Origin: the human T2T-CHM13v2.0 reference genome, Homo sapiens
Assembly (NCBI RefSeq): GCF_009914755.1
Contig: NC_060927.1
Length of the DNA: 64,000 bases
Direction: 5' to 3' (one strand)
The number at the start of each line of letters is the position of its first letter. Position 1 is the stretch's first letter. The position numbers and the translations under genes are program-made. The notes below the pieces were generated by a model. The model worked only from the letters and a program-made list of their open reading frames with translations. It had not been told where the DNA came from and made no database searches. Shown here one piece after another: positions 1-18,149 of the stretch.

Positions 1-2830
<2,830 letters not shown>

Positions 2831-2872
2831 ATATTTTACAAGTATTACATAACAATTCAAAAACAACTATTA

Positions 2873-3198
<326 letters not shown>

Positions 3199-4414
3199 CT
3201 AAAATCATACCAAAATGTTTTTTAAAGAAAAATAGCATCCAGTAATGTCACAACACTTTATTCTTTAAAATCTTTTCAATATGTGTATCAAATAATTCGA
3301 GAATAATGGAGTTACCTTTGAAAAATTATTGCATTTTTTCCTTAAAATACGTTGCAGCCTTCTCTGTGATTAAACACTACATAATATTTCTGGCTAAGTT
3401 TGACATAGAAGTAAAAAATAAAAAAGCCAAATGAAATAAATCCTTCCAAAGTAAAAAGTAACCCATGGAATTAAAAAATAAATGTTTTGAACAATGAGGC
3501 CAGGGAAAGAGTCTACTAGTAGGAAATGTCTCTAGGCATTGCCATATGAATAATGCAAATTCATTATTTCCAGCTTTAGGTTACCTTAGCTCAAGATCCA
3601 AATTCCCAGGATCAAGGGACACTAATTGTTCTTGCCTGCGTCCTGTACCCATCACTTTACCAGAGTGGGATAAGTACCTTGACTGGTAGTCTAGACAGAC
3701 TGGTAAGGCATAGGGCATATAGCAGTGCCTCATGGAAAATTGTGCTGCAGTTAGCAAAAACATAGTAAAGGTATTATAGCAGGGCTGTCAAAATGACACC
3801 TATTTTGTACATGTAGAACTAGCATACCCACTCTAAGAAATGAGCTCTCTGATTTCTCAGTTTTACTTTCTAGCTTATCTGCAAACATGGGTTTCTTTGC
3901 TCAATAAGTTACACTGCAATTTGAATTTTGGAAGGTGGAATACTCACATTTCAGTCACAGAGTAGCAATTCAGCCTCCCAATGAAATCATTCAGAATATA
4001 AACAGGCACAAAACTTCAATGGTGAGCAATGCTATGTAAAACGGAGGAAGTTTAATATTATGTACATTATGTGACTTTATATTCAGAAAATTTATGATAA
4101 GCAAATGATACATGAATATTTTAAATACAATAAATTTAATAACAAACACAAAGCAAAATAATTTTTACATACACTCAATTACCAAGTGAGAATATATTAT
4201 GTTAAACATTGTTTTCAAAATAGCAATAGACTACATAATTCAGTGAAAGAAAAAAAAAGTGTATGTAATATATTTTAACTCAAATTGTATTGGCACTATG
4301 CAGCTAAATACAATTCATACGCATTTAATACTTAAATATTTTAAAATAAAATTACAATAAAACTAAGATTATAATTGAAGGGAGTGAAACTTCTAGAGAT
4401 AAATATAACAGAAA

Positions 4415-5183
<769 letters not shown>

Positions 5184-8100
5184 TGAAAAATTTTTAAACA
5201 GGCATTTTGAAGATATGCAATACCACGGAAAAATTTTTAATAATTTAATTTGAAATTTAAAAAAATCCTTAACATATGGAAAAATAGATGGAAGAAAATG
5301 CTGAAAATTCATAATTTTCTTACTACTTTTATGCATTATTCTCATATTTTATAATGAATACATTGTAGTAAAACCTAACTAATAACATCAAATCACATAA
5401 AAAATCAGCCAACTCTTTTATAAAGCAATATTTTCTTTCTCTACGAGGCAATTAATATACTTTAAAAAATGTTTCTCACGTTATTCAGAGAAAAGCTTCT
5501 TGAGAAGGAACTGTTGTTGAAAGATTAGAAATGTCAGTACTAAAGTCAGGGGTGAACAAGCATTAAACCAATGTTGATGAAAGGAAATGAAGCTCTTTCT
5601 ATGACACATGTCAACAGAAATGGTCACCAATGACATGGATTTATCCTATGTATTTGTTACAGTAAAACTGTAAATTCCAAGGAGGTGGAAATGTATAGGT
5701 GTCCTGAGGTGAATTTATATTTTCCTAGTCAGCTTTTCGGAAAAGTTATGATTCATCCATCGTCTTGGTGTATTATGAACTGGTAGAATTTTGGACTGGT
5801 ATTTCTCATGCAAATAAAGGGACTGCTCCAGAATTTTGTAAGTAACACTTGCATCCAAGTGCATCATGAAGCATTTAGAGCCATGCACAGGGAATCAATT
5901 GTCCAGTGAGCACATCTGGTGAGCGGCTACAAATATAACAGAAGAATGAGCTGAAAGGGTCAGAAAAACTCTTCCAACAGGTGTTGGCTCATAATTTTGT
6001 CTCCCAGGTAAAAGGGAAATAAATGATTGAATTAAAGGCTAAGATGCAAATGCCTTTACCGCCATAGAGCTAGAAAAACTGTATTATTAACAGGTTTTCC
6101 TTGCCTTCTGTTAGTGTTTTTAAATGGGTCCTCAGAAGACTGATTTCAATAACTCAACAGACATTTAAAAGTAAGTTCCAAGTGATTATGTTTGTTGTTT
6201 GCGTGATCCTTTGTTCTCGGGAATTCTTAAAAATAGATTAGCTGATGAATGAGTAGTTATTGGAGCAGTAATTTTTAACTTTATGTTAAGAATATCAGTG
6301 ATAAAACAACTATTTAAAGAGTACATATTTTCTTGCTATTGAAAGATTCAATTGAAGTAATAAACAAATGACTTTTTTCTTAGATTTCAGAGAAAAGCAC
6401 CCCTGAAAATTGAAAATATAAAGATACAATTAAAAACTTAGCCTGAGCAGTGGCTGGTATGGATCTTTAAAAAGTGTAGCTCCTGGGCATTTATTCATTT
6501 GTTTCTTTACTCAGCAATTGTTAATTAAGTACTTACTATACGGTAGCAATATCTGCCCTAGACACTCAAGACTGAATGTAAAGCAAAACATTGTATTCTA
6601 ACCTTCATGCAAGTTATAGGTAAACAGATTCCATTATGTCACTTTTTAATTCCTACCTCTTACATTTTTTTCACATATACTTTTTTCTTTTGATTTATCT
6701 CTCCAAAATCCACATTGTGATATGAAGTATTTATTTGAGACTTTGAATAACTTTTGATTCTAGGGTATATAGTCTAGATTTACAAGTGTCAGAAAATCAT
6801 CCTGCAAGAATCAACACGTATATGAAAATTTTCCTAAATGGGGAACTATCCTCACACACTTAACAAATACAAGTAGCCTACATCTGTACGGTAGAAGACC
6901 CATTTATTCACTCCAGTTATCATACTGATGTGAGTTACCTGTAAGATATTTAGAAGTAAGTGGATGAACTTGCAAATGAAGACATGTTAGCTTTTGAGGA
7001 CCATTTGCATAAGCTTAGTCATGGAAAGAATGAGCTTAAAGAGGTTAAAGTGTAAGACATAGTATCTGATAGGCATTTATATTATTTATTCCACTTATGT
7101 TCAGAACTACTAGGCTGTCCGCGAGTAGAGTTTATTCGTTGCTTTTGGCTTGACATGTACTCAGTGATCATAGCTACACGATTTATTTCTAACATAGAAT
7201 GAAGAATCCCATGGGCATGTTGCTCTGTATTATTTCTCAAAAATAATAGTTACCCATACTAAATATATATATATATTCTAATATACAGAACATATATATT
7301 TTCAAGTAGCATTTTACAAAAACTTTATCAGATTTTGATGTCTAAACTTGTAGGAGAAAAACTGAGCCTACAAATTTTAATTGTTTAAAAAATGCAGACA
7401 TTTTAATTGAAGCTCTTTTTCTCATTTAATTGATGGATGAAGGAGAGTTTGACAGTCATTTTATATGTGGTCTTTCTTAAGTAAATTATACTACAGGTTT
7501 TCTTCCTGATTCTTGTTTATAAATTGTCTTGTTTGATTATTTTACTTCCTGTTACTCATAAATTATAATCTCTCCTTGCATTTCAGGAAAAGGCAAGTAG
7601 AGCATATGCCAATCCACTTCTTTCCAATATACAGGAAGATGATAGACGTTTTTTCTGTATACCTTGAATAACCAGAAATAATAATAAGAAAGGGAGAAGG
7701 GATGGCTATTCACCATTATTTGAATTACTGTCACTGCATGTAAAAAATGTTATTTTCAGTAAGCCTTCTAAGGCCATGAAAATAAAAGAGGTGGGAAGAC
7801 AATATTGATATGGCAAATTGCCCTTTATTCAAAGATGCTTTTTAATATGAATGTGGCTTTATAATCTGTCAAATAAAGATGGCACACAGAGATAAAAATA
7901 AAATGTCAGAACAAAAATGTTCTTTTCTTTCCTGTGAATAAATTTACACGTCAGTCAAGTATCTGTCAGTGCATCTGCTGAATGAATGGCATGTCTTAAG
8001 TAAGTAAAAGCAAAAGGAGAGTAGCTAACAAGAATAACTAAAAGGAGAGGTGGTGAAATTGACGGCCTTGATGAGGGAGGATTCCTCTCTACCCACAGAA

Positions 8101-9134
8101 TGTATTCGGTTAGAATAATGCCTCCAAGCAAGTAAAGAAATGGTTGACAAACTACCAATTATGATGGGGGGAAATGTAAACAGGAATGTGAATTGGGACG
8201 TTTGGGTGGCTCTGATGAAGGATTCAAGAATACGTGGTAGGATTACCTTTCTACCTATGGGCTAGTGATTCATTAACATGTCATTAATATTCATTAATAT
8301 TGCTATTTTTATGATACTACTTTTCTTTGAGTAGGATGAGAGAGTGCCTTAATTTTACTTGCTTAAGAAAGATTTTGTAAAGCCATTTTAGAGAAGGTTA
8401 ACATGACTCTCATGTAAAAAGAAGGGCTATTTGGGAGTAACCATAGATGAGATTGGTTCTCTTTTAAAGGTATATTGAGAGTTCTATAATTTGCAAATTC
8501 CCAGAACTTCTGTAATAACATAACAATTTCACTGTAATTTAAGAGGTTGCACAATTTTATTACTGTGTTTAAGTTTAAAGTGGTTGTTTTTCTCTACATG
8601 TAGTTCAAGGTGACAATTTTTTTCTTTTATAAGAAATGTTTAATTTGAAATTTACAGGTGAAATACAGGTTTACAACATTATGTACTTTATTGTTACATT
8701 TAAAAATGATTCCTTATTGCAATTCAGAATGCATTATTATATCACAAAGCTTTATTCCAGTAATATTTACATTTGAAATATTACTATCTTTAGTTAACTC
8801 ATTGGTGCTTAGCATGTATCAAGATCTGTCTAGAATGTTGCAGAATTGTCTTATTTAACTTAACTTAAAACACTAGTTAGGAAAATTTGAAGTTAATGTT
8901 ATTTTCCTTTATTGAAGTGTTTTATAAAAATTAATGCCTGCTTCTTATTTTAATTTTAATATTTTGTCTTAATTATTTTTTAAAAAAATCAATTGATGGT
9001 TGGAGAGATGTTTTAATTCATTGCATCCTTAGCAGTCAGCACAATAATTTGCAGATTATGTGGGTAGTGAGAAAGTTATTTGAATAAATAATGTTATTTA
9101 CCTCTTTACTTTCCTGTTAAAGCACCTGAAATGG

Positions 9135-9600
9135 ATAATGTGCTTTTGGCCACAATTAACACAAATATGAATCATAAGTAACTTTAACAATAAGACAATT
9201 TCATTTTCTCACATAACAAAAAGTTTACAATTTCAGACTCAGTTAACTGAGCAGTTTTACAACATTATCAAATCCCCCAATTTTCATTTTTTCCAAAATT
9301 TCTCTTCTGCCATTCTCAGTGTGTAGCCTAAATAGGGTCAAATCAAACCTCATATCTTCTATATCATTTCCAGGACCTAGAAGATGTCCCTTTACAATTC
9401 TTTTACCAGAAATGTACCACATCCTCATTTTTATGTGGTATTCATAATTTACCTATTTTGGTTTAAAGTAATCAAAATTTATTCCTGGAGGTCAGGAGTT
9501 TTCTTGAAGTGCATGGACACTTGGCATATAAAATGTATTTTTTGCTAGTACAGAAGAAAATAGAATGGAAAGCTGCTTGGAAAGTAATCAACCTTGTATG
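9135..9600. mobile_element. Very old LTR remnant (LTR33/MLT1K-L-like)
   Basis: '...ctttaacaataagacaatttcattttctcacataacaaaaag...' resembles these old LTRs; highly diverged. Confidence 0.3.
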
Positions 9601-10904
9601 ATACAAAGTATTACCAAATAAGCATTGGTAAAAGCATGTGACATTCTGTTATTTTTTTCTTCTGAAGGTAACTCTACTAAGAGATGACATTTTGCTTCGG
9701 AGTTAATCTAGAGAAAATACTACTACCATAATTTTATGCCTCATTTTTCAATAAAACATGTAATAAAAACAAAATGAATTTTACTATATAAATTAAATGC
9801 AATGAAATAAAAACATTTAATTATCTAAACTGTTATAAATATATATTTTGAATTTGCTAATCTTAGTTGAGATGATAAAAGTGATTTCTTGAGAACTGAA
9901 CATATTTTCATGTTGGTAATCATCTACCAATATACATGTTCTTTATATTTTGCTTTGAAATCTAAATTAGAGCCCAACTGTATATTTTCTCACTTTATTA
10001 CTTTGAGTTGCTATTCTATTACTTTTGAAATAATGTTTATATATTTTTTATAATGGAAAACAAAGGTACCTTAAAAATTGTGTACAATTTCTCTTTTTCT
10101 GAAGTGTCAAAATGAGAATTAAAGAGAGGAAAGATGTTAAGTATTACTATCTTTCATGAATGAAAGATATCTATTATGAATTTTTTGACACTGTATTAAC
10201 ATTAAGAATGGAAAGAGCTGTATATTTTGGTATATTTCAACAGGTTAGGTGCAGCAGAAGTAACAACTAGTTTTTTTTTTTTTTTTTTTAAGTAACAACC
10301 AGCAGACCTTGTTCAACGCATGTATATTTTTCAGCTTAAATTGTCAGGGCAAAGGTGCAACAACTGATATGAATTTCAAAAAGTAATATGAATCAACCAG
10401 ATACTAATACTAACAGGTTTCTTTGCTTCATTTAGATTGTAATGTAAGTTCACAGTAATTTCTCATAATTACTGTTGGTAAGTGAGCATATCTCACAATA
10501 TTTATGATTGGTAACCTATGACACTGAGTGCTGAGTACTTGCTATTCCCATGCCCTAGATATAACTGATTTTTAATCTACAAAATGCAATTAAAGGTAGA
10601 AAATTGCATCCTCATGTCGGAATTGAAAACAAAACTTAGAAAGTAAATAGCACAACAAAATTTGAACATAGATCTACCTGAAGCCTGAGCTTTTCTCCAT
10701 TCTTTTTTTTCTGCCTATCTTTCCTTCCTTCTCTCTCTCTTTTTTGTACTTCATCACACGATTATTCCCAGAAATATGTTTGCCCTGCCTTATTTTACAT
10801 GCCCTTTGGGTAAAACCAGGGATGATTGTACCTTGGGTGATAAAAGAAGAGTAGCAAATCTTATACTCAAACTGTCAATGTTCAAAGATGTTTGCGTTTA
10901 ACTT

Positions 10905-11530
10905 GTCAATTGGGAAACCTTGCACTGCCTTAACCAAGTGATCTGTGGTAACGTCCCTGGGAAGGAAACAATCAGCCTCATGTGCCTCCTGAGATGATGC
11001 AGTGAGAAGAACATAATATTATTTATTAGTATTTCTGCCAACACTGTATACCCTGAATCCAATCACGATGAAACATCAGACAAACCCAAATTGACTGGCA
11101 TTCTACCAACTGTGCACTTTGAAAATGTCAATGTTATAAAACATAATTAAAAACTAAGAGACGATTCCAGATTAAAAGACTAAAGAGATATCATGACTGA
11201 GTAAAATACATAATCCTGCATTTTTTTGTTCTAAAGGACATTATTGGGATAATTGGTAAAATCTGAATAAAGTCTGCATATTAGACAGTAATACTATATT
11301 GAGATTAATTTCCTAAAATTATTGCTTGTTATGTGATAATGTAAAAGAACATGTGGGCTTTTAGGTAATATGCACTGAATTCTTTAATATGAAGGAACAT
11401 CATATCTTCAACTTATTCTGAAATATAGTAAAATGTAAACATTTGGGTAAGAAATTAAGAAAATGTTTTGTACTAGTCTTACATCTTTTCTATAAATCTG
11501 ATTTTATGTCAAAAATAAGAGTTATAAAAA
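10905..11530 (+). mobile_element. L1MC/L1ME-type 3' UTR fragment
   Basis: 'ccttaaccaagtgatc', 'gaaacatcagacaaacccaaattg', 'ccagattaaaagactaaagagat'. Confidence 0.7.
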
Positions 11531-14025
11531 AATAAATGTATAGTGGTCACTTTTTTTCATCCTTTAAAAGATAGATACTTTTTTCTGATCTCAAAGTTTT
11601 AAACATCAAATATAAAGGGAAATGAAGTTACAAACCAAAAGCTTTTTTGTTAATGTATAATATGCATTATTATTTTATAACCTTCAATTTTTTTCTCTCC
11701 TACCTAATTTGTACACATGCTTCTGACATTGGTAGGCATATTTTAACCTCAGTGGAAAATCTCAAGAGGCTGAAGAGATGGCTGTCCTATCCAAAGCAAC
11801 ATGGCAACTGATTTTACACAAAACTGAATTGCTTTGTTCCAAGTAATCAAATCCCATTGCTCTGAAAGGAAATCAAGGATATAATGAAATGCCATGGACT
11901 TATTCTGAAAAATGTGAGCCCAAGTGTAACCTAAAAATATGCACATCCATAAACTGTCCTAGCACAGATGTATTTTTCAAATTGCATTTTAAACCTAGAA
12001 AGACTGACATTAAAACCATTACAAGACAAAACATTTATTGTAAATGTTTGAAAAAACAAAATAAAATTATGTCATGCATGATTTAAGAAGGCACCATCCA
12101 CTCTACTGAGGCAAGTAATTTATGTGAAAAATTAGATTTTAAGCTAACATATTATATCTTTCTTACATATTCAGTATCTCCATGTAGTTATACATATGCC
12201 TACTGAGTCATACTTCCATGAAAATAAAATACGCTTACCAAAGGAATAGACCGTTACATAAATTAAGGAGGAGGAGACCAAGAAGCTTAACTAATTCTTG
12301 CCTTACAGGGGGTGTTTCAAGACTCACATTGTACTTGGTAGCCTTTGATCTCCGATGAAATTTATATTCATGGCAGTCTAACACAGAGAAAAGTGAATAA
12401 AGTGAAAACATAAAGGACAATGGCCCAGGGGAAGCATAAAGATACAGTTGTATTTTAATATCATTTTTCTACATAACAACAGTAATAATGTCTTGGATTT
12501 CAATTTCTTTTTGCATTCAAGTGCCTCAAAGAACTTACTAAAGTCAAAGATGCCTGCCAGCCATGCAAGTTAGTCAAGTATTATTACCTGTTTTGTAGGA
12601 AGGTAAATAAAAATACAGCAAAATATAAAGATAATTCCAAAGCAAAATAAGTTGCACATATTTTATTCACATCAAGTTAAGTCCAAAGGGCAGATGGCTA
12701 GAGAAACGATACAGTGAGAATCTGCTGGAGGAAGAAAAACGTCTCTTAGGTTGGATAAACGATGCAACAGATATGTTTTGTTATTAAGTAACAGAGAAGA
12801 AAATATCACATACCACAGACAACTGTTTCTAGAATCTTTAAATAATTAAAGCAGCCTAGTGATACTACTGAAACTGTTACAGAATTGGCCATAGAGAAAT
12901 TGTGTTTGCTTTGTTTCTTTAAACAAGAAATAGATGGTAGCTAAGATGGTGAAGAAAAGAAATATGTTGACACTACTTTGTGCTACATGTCAAAAAAATC
13001 GTACTTAAAATCCAAGTAAAATGCCAAAAATAGACGTAAATATTCATTAAAAAAATTGAATGCTGGAACAAGAGTGAAATGTTCCAAATAAATATAATAT
13101 TACAGGCCAGGACTTAGAATCGGCAGGTTAACAACTGAAAGAAAATGACAATAATTAAAATGAGACTTACAGATAAAAATTAATCTGATTAATTCAAGAA
13201 ATTCTGCATTGTGATTTGTACTCCATGTAAAGTTCACTTGCACAGACATCTTCTCAACCCACTGAAAGCTTCAGTCATGCCTACAAAAAATACTGTAGTT
13301 AGAAAATACCAAAACAAAAACAGTCACAAGTTTATAAAGAAGAACAGAGAAGTATAAGATTTATGAAATTTCATACGTAAAATATTTAAAGAGCATTTTT
13401 GATATTATAAACTAATAGGAGGAATGGAGATGTTGTGCCAGGTCTTGATTTTTAAAAAATATATTTATTAGCAAGGCTATGTTCCACTATTAGCACTTAG
13501 ATTTCAAAAACAAAATTTTCATAAAAATCAAAAATACTATTTAGCCTTTGAAGTCATGAGTAAATTTTTAAAAATGCCTACAATGAATCTTCTATTTAGA
13601 GTATAAATTATCCATAACATGTTCTTCTTGATAACATTTATGAACATGATTTCCTGAAGATATGTAATGATTAAGAAGAAAAGCTTCCATTTGTGCTTAT
13701 TGCTTATTTTATCAGAAACCCTGCTCTCTCACAAGATACAGTAACTGTGATATTTGGCTACTTTTATCACTTCTGTTTTATGTTTTCCAAGTTTATGCTT
13801 CCTTTAAATATAAATAAAACCAGACATACTATATGTATTATAAGATGTTAAATAATTTTAATATATTATTGTAAAGAGAAAGGTAATACTTACTTGGCAC
13901 ATTTACCTTAACAATCCAAAGAGGAAAAGAATTAATAATGCAAGATCATCTTAATCTAATGACACAATTAACTTTAATATTGGTTACATCCCAGGATGCT
14001 GTTAAAAGAATTCAAAAGTTCCGTC

Positions 14026-14272
14026 AGTGACCTCGACTCACTGCAACCTCCAATGCCCAGGTTCAAGCAGTTCTCCTCCCTCAGCCTCCTGAGTAGCTGA
14101 GACTACAGGTGTGCACCACCAAGCCTAACTGATTTCTATATTTTTTTTTTTTAGTAGAGATGGGGCTTCGCCATGTTGGAAAGGCTGGTCTTGAACTGCT
14201 GACCTCAAGTGATCCTCCCGCCTCAGCTTCCCAAAGTGCTGGGATTACAGACGTGAGCCCCCATGCCAGGCC
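14026..14272 (-). mobile_element. AluS, 3'-truncated (no A tail)
   Basis: Alu homology from 'ctcactgcaacctcc' to 'ccaggcc'; last ~40 nt of the body and the tail are absent. Confidence 0.9.
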
Positions 14273-14758
14273 TCTTAGATATTTCTTACCTCTGGCTCAA
14301 TTATTTTTTTAATGGATTTAACTACACTTCCTGAACACCTTCACTTTTTCCGGCCGACTCTCTGGCATTTTACTATCCTACATTTTCTTAGATGGACAAT
14401 TGTAAGCAATAATGTGGCAAGATTCTTTCCAAATTATATTGCGTTTAATTTCTCACTTTTTTGGTGGTGATTGTTTATTGTTTTTGTTTTGTTTTGTTCG
14501 TGAGGTTCCTGTTCTTTCCACTTGTTCTCTCTTTAATGTTTTACTGTTTTTTCCATGCTTCCCTACTCTGGCCTTCCAAGACAAGAAAGTGACTAGATTT
14601 AGGTTAATGAGTCTATCCTCTAAGAATGCAACTGATAATAGCAAGTAAAGCTTATCTATACATTTGATTTCCTTAGCCATGTTTTTGGTCGACAGTCACA
14701 ACGTTGTTATTGTTGTTTTCTATAGGAAGAAAAGACTAAATAACTCCTTCATTAATAT

Positions 14759-16262
14759 TGATGGCAGTGGTGGCCCGTCTGGTATGGGAAGTGAGAACAG
14801 GCGGGACCCCGCTTCCTTCCAAGTTGGAGCGGTGGGAGCCTCTCCCTTCCTAGTGCAGCTGCAGCCACGCAGCTGCTACTGCAGATCTGGGCATCTCTGC
14901 ACTCTCAGGGGCACAGAAAGCTCCCCTGCCCCTGCAGGCTTCGAAGTGCCTGGCAGCTTCCCACTCCGAGCACCCACTGTGATGTTGGAACAAAGTTGTC
15001 CCCGAGCCAGGGTGCTGTCATGACCTGGTTGGGTGTATACACGTGTGGGGCAGTGCTGACACACCAGCCCCCTGCTGCCTCGGCCCCATCTTGACTTTGG
15101 GTGCCAATGAGCATGGGAAGGAGGTCGAGGGGGAGCTAAATTTGGCTCTGTGTAGGCCTGCAGGCACTCCTTGGCTCGAACAGCCTGGGGCTGTGGACAA
15201 CATGGATGGCAGGTTAATGGTGGCAGGAGGCAGACAGGGTTCCTGGAAGGAAACGGGCAGGTCCCCAGTGAAACTCCACCTACGGCCAGCGATGGCCTGA
15301 GGCCTGAGGGCCAGACCACCAGTTCTGTGGACCTGAGTGAGAACTTATGATGCTTTTTCCCGGCCTGTTCATGGCCATTCATGAACCAATCAGCATGCAC
15401 TTTCTCCCCCTGAAGCCTATAAAAACCTCTGGGCTCAGCCAGACTCCCACAGTCAGCGGGACGACCTGCCTGCAGAGAGGAGTTACCCACTGTGAGTCTC
15501 CTCTCTTCTGAGAGCTGAGCAGATGTTAGGATGACCTGCCTGTGGAGGGGAGATACCCATTGTGGGCCTCCTCTGAGCTGTTCTATAGCTCAATAAAGCC
15601 CCTCTTTACCTACCTCACTCTCAGCTTGTCCATGTACCTCATTCTTTCTGATAGTGAAGGGAGAACTCAGGCCCCACCGAATAGTGAGACTGAAAGAGCA
15701 ATAACAGAAACAGAGCTGAAACACACCCCTTGCTCACTACATTGTGGGCAATGAGAAGGAGAGAAGAGAGAAAGAAAGAAGAGTTACGGCCTTTTTGGGA
15801 GCCCAAACCTAGGAGCTCCCAGAGCCAGGGCTGTTGCACCCTCTTTGGGCCTGTGCGGTTCCTGGCATCTCCAAGCTTCTGGGTGCCACCACATTGCCGG
15901 GTGCCACCACATTCCGTGGAGCCAGCCGTGGAAGCTGCTTGTGGTACACCTGGTCCAGCAGTAGCTTCACAGGAGCCAGCACCCATGCTAGCAGCTGGGG
16001 ATGCCCACCCCACCACAGCCAGTGTGCCTGGATGTGCACAGTGGCCGGACCCCATGCTCGTTCGTTCACACACCCCTCTCCACCCCGTGCCTGGCTCGCC
16101 CTTTGCAGGCATGGAATCCAGGCAGGTAGTGCAAGCTGAGCACAGCCTCCCAGGCCAAGTGGGCAGAACGAGCCCAGAAGGCCAGAGCAAAACTCGGGCA
16201 AAGGCACCAACGGCCACAGAGGTTTCCGGCCAGAAAAGTGGCACCCCAAGTATCCTGTGACG
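14759..16262 (+). mobile_element. MER52-family (ERV1) solo LTR
   Basis: Starts TGATGGCAG, ends 'gaggtttccggccagaaaagtggcaccccaagtatcctgtgacg'. CCAAT 15386-15390, TATAAAA 15418-15424, AATAAA 15592-15597. 4-bp TSD atat/atgt. GC-rich. Confidence 0.85.
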
Positions 16263-17594
16263 ATGTTATTCTTGTTATTTATGTTATTACTGCTATCACT
16301 ATTACTCTCTTAGGTGAAATGAATAGACCCAACAATGAATCTTCCCTTTTGTTACCTCCTATTTACAACACACATTATTAAGAATGCACTACCTAAGCAT
16401 TGTGAATCTTTATAAAATATTGCTCTGGGAACCAAATGCAGAATAAGTTAGATTAAGGGAATTTTCAAATAAAAGCTTAAAACTACCTTTAATAATTTAA
16501 GCAGAAAGTTAAATTTGGTCATAAGATTGGTAATGGAAAATAAGAGATAAATTTTAGATATTGTTTAAAGAAAATATTCACCAAAAATGGTTCTCAGAAA
16601 ATAAAATAGGATCAAAGAAAATAACAGATTATTTTCATTTGAATTTGGTATTAAAAGAATGATAGCAACATTATTCAAAAGGGTAAAATCATATTCAGGG
16701 GTCAATGTTGTGAGAGTATCACTCACATATCCACAATAGTCTATTGAAAGATAATATTAATTTTCTTATAACCTTCACAACTATGGGTATTATTTATTGA
16801 AGATAATTATTTATAGGTCTTACATATGGAAATGTACTGTTTTGCATTGCATTTCTTTGTCACTAGGGAACTTGAAGATTTTTTTGGCTATTATTCCTGT
16901 TTATTTTATTTTTGCAAATTACATTATAATCTTTTCCCTAATTTTATAGTTTTTGTATTTTTCCAATTGACTAAAAATATTACGAATTTCATAACAATCT
17001 TTGTGTATAACAAATATATTTAACACTTTGTGGCAGTTAGTTGGCCTTTCACTTTTATTAATGTGTATTATAATGCAAGTATTATGAACATGGGCTATAA
17101 GGGATTAAAATAGTGCTTGTATATCTCCACATATTGCAGGTTGAAATTTAAATATTGTTTTTATGTGTTTTAGGGGGAGATTTATGCTAAGGTTTCTCAT
17201 TATATTTACAACTACCTTCTGGATAGTTATATATCTTATGAAGAACTGAAGCTTTAAAAGTTACATATAAGCTCATCACTTACTCCATCATTGTGATTAA
17301 CGATGTCCTTTTTGTGATCATGAAACTGCCTTTCCACTCATAGTCATCCAGGCTTGAAATCTGAGAGTAATTATTTTACTCACAATTCTTTCATTGCTCA
17401 AATTAATTACACTCCTAAGTCTTGCTTATTCCAACTTCTCACTTTCTGTATTTAATTCATAATTTGATTTTTATTTCAACTGATTGAAACCTTTGTTCAA
17501 GTTTCTCAATAATTCTATCTTGAACAACTGCATTTATTTCCAAATTGTTTGTCTTATGTATTTTCTTTCTCTCTCTTTATTCCCCTTAGTAAGA

Positions 17595-17770
17595 GTAACA
17601 GCTAATATTTATCTAAGCATAATTCTAAGTTCTGATGTGTAGACTCTCATTTAATTCTTATAACTTCACCAGAGAGGTTTCGTATTTTATCATCTTTTAT
17701 CTGCACTTCAGTGTTAACCTGCTTATAGATTAGAGAGATAAAAAGTTTTCCCAAGTTCACAAAGCAAGGG
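17595..17770 (-). mobile_element. MIR fragment
   Basis: 'aacagctaatatttat...tctcatttaattcttataac...cccaagttcacaaagc'. Confidence 0.55.
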
Positions 17771-18149
17771 AATATTTTGCTAGAAATGAAATTATTATCT
17801 AGTTTAATAGAATATTGGCTTTTCTAGCCAGATAAAGTATCAATTATCTTTGAATCTTCAGCATCTGGCACAGCCTCTTTTGGAGGGAAATCAATTGATA
17901 ATTATTTATTGATTCAGATGACTAAATAAGTTTTAAAATAAAAATAGGATATATTGCTATAAAGTAAATATCACCAGCAAAACCTAAATCATGTTTTGTG
18001 TAAATTGTTTCTAATATTGTTAGTTATTAATCTAAAATAGCAAGTGGTAGACCTTCAAATTCTTAGAGGCAAAAATGTTATGCGGTTCAAGGTTTTTGTA
18101 TTTTCTATGAAATCAAAATGATTATTTAAATTAATAGTATTTGCTAATT

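Noticed and set aside
14664-16260. Long ORFs (119-204 aa) on both strands
   Set aside because: They lie in a GC-rich MER52 LTR where stops are rare, overlap in many frames and show no recognisable domain
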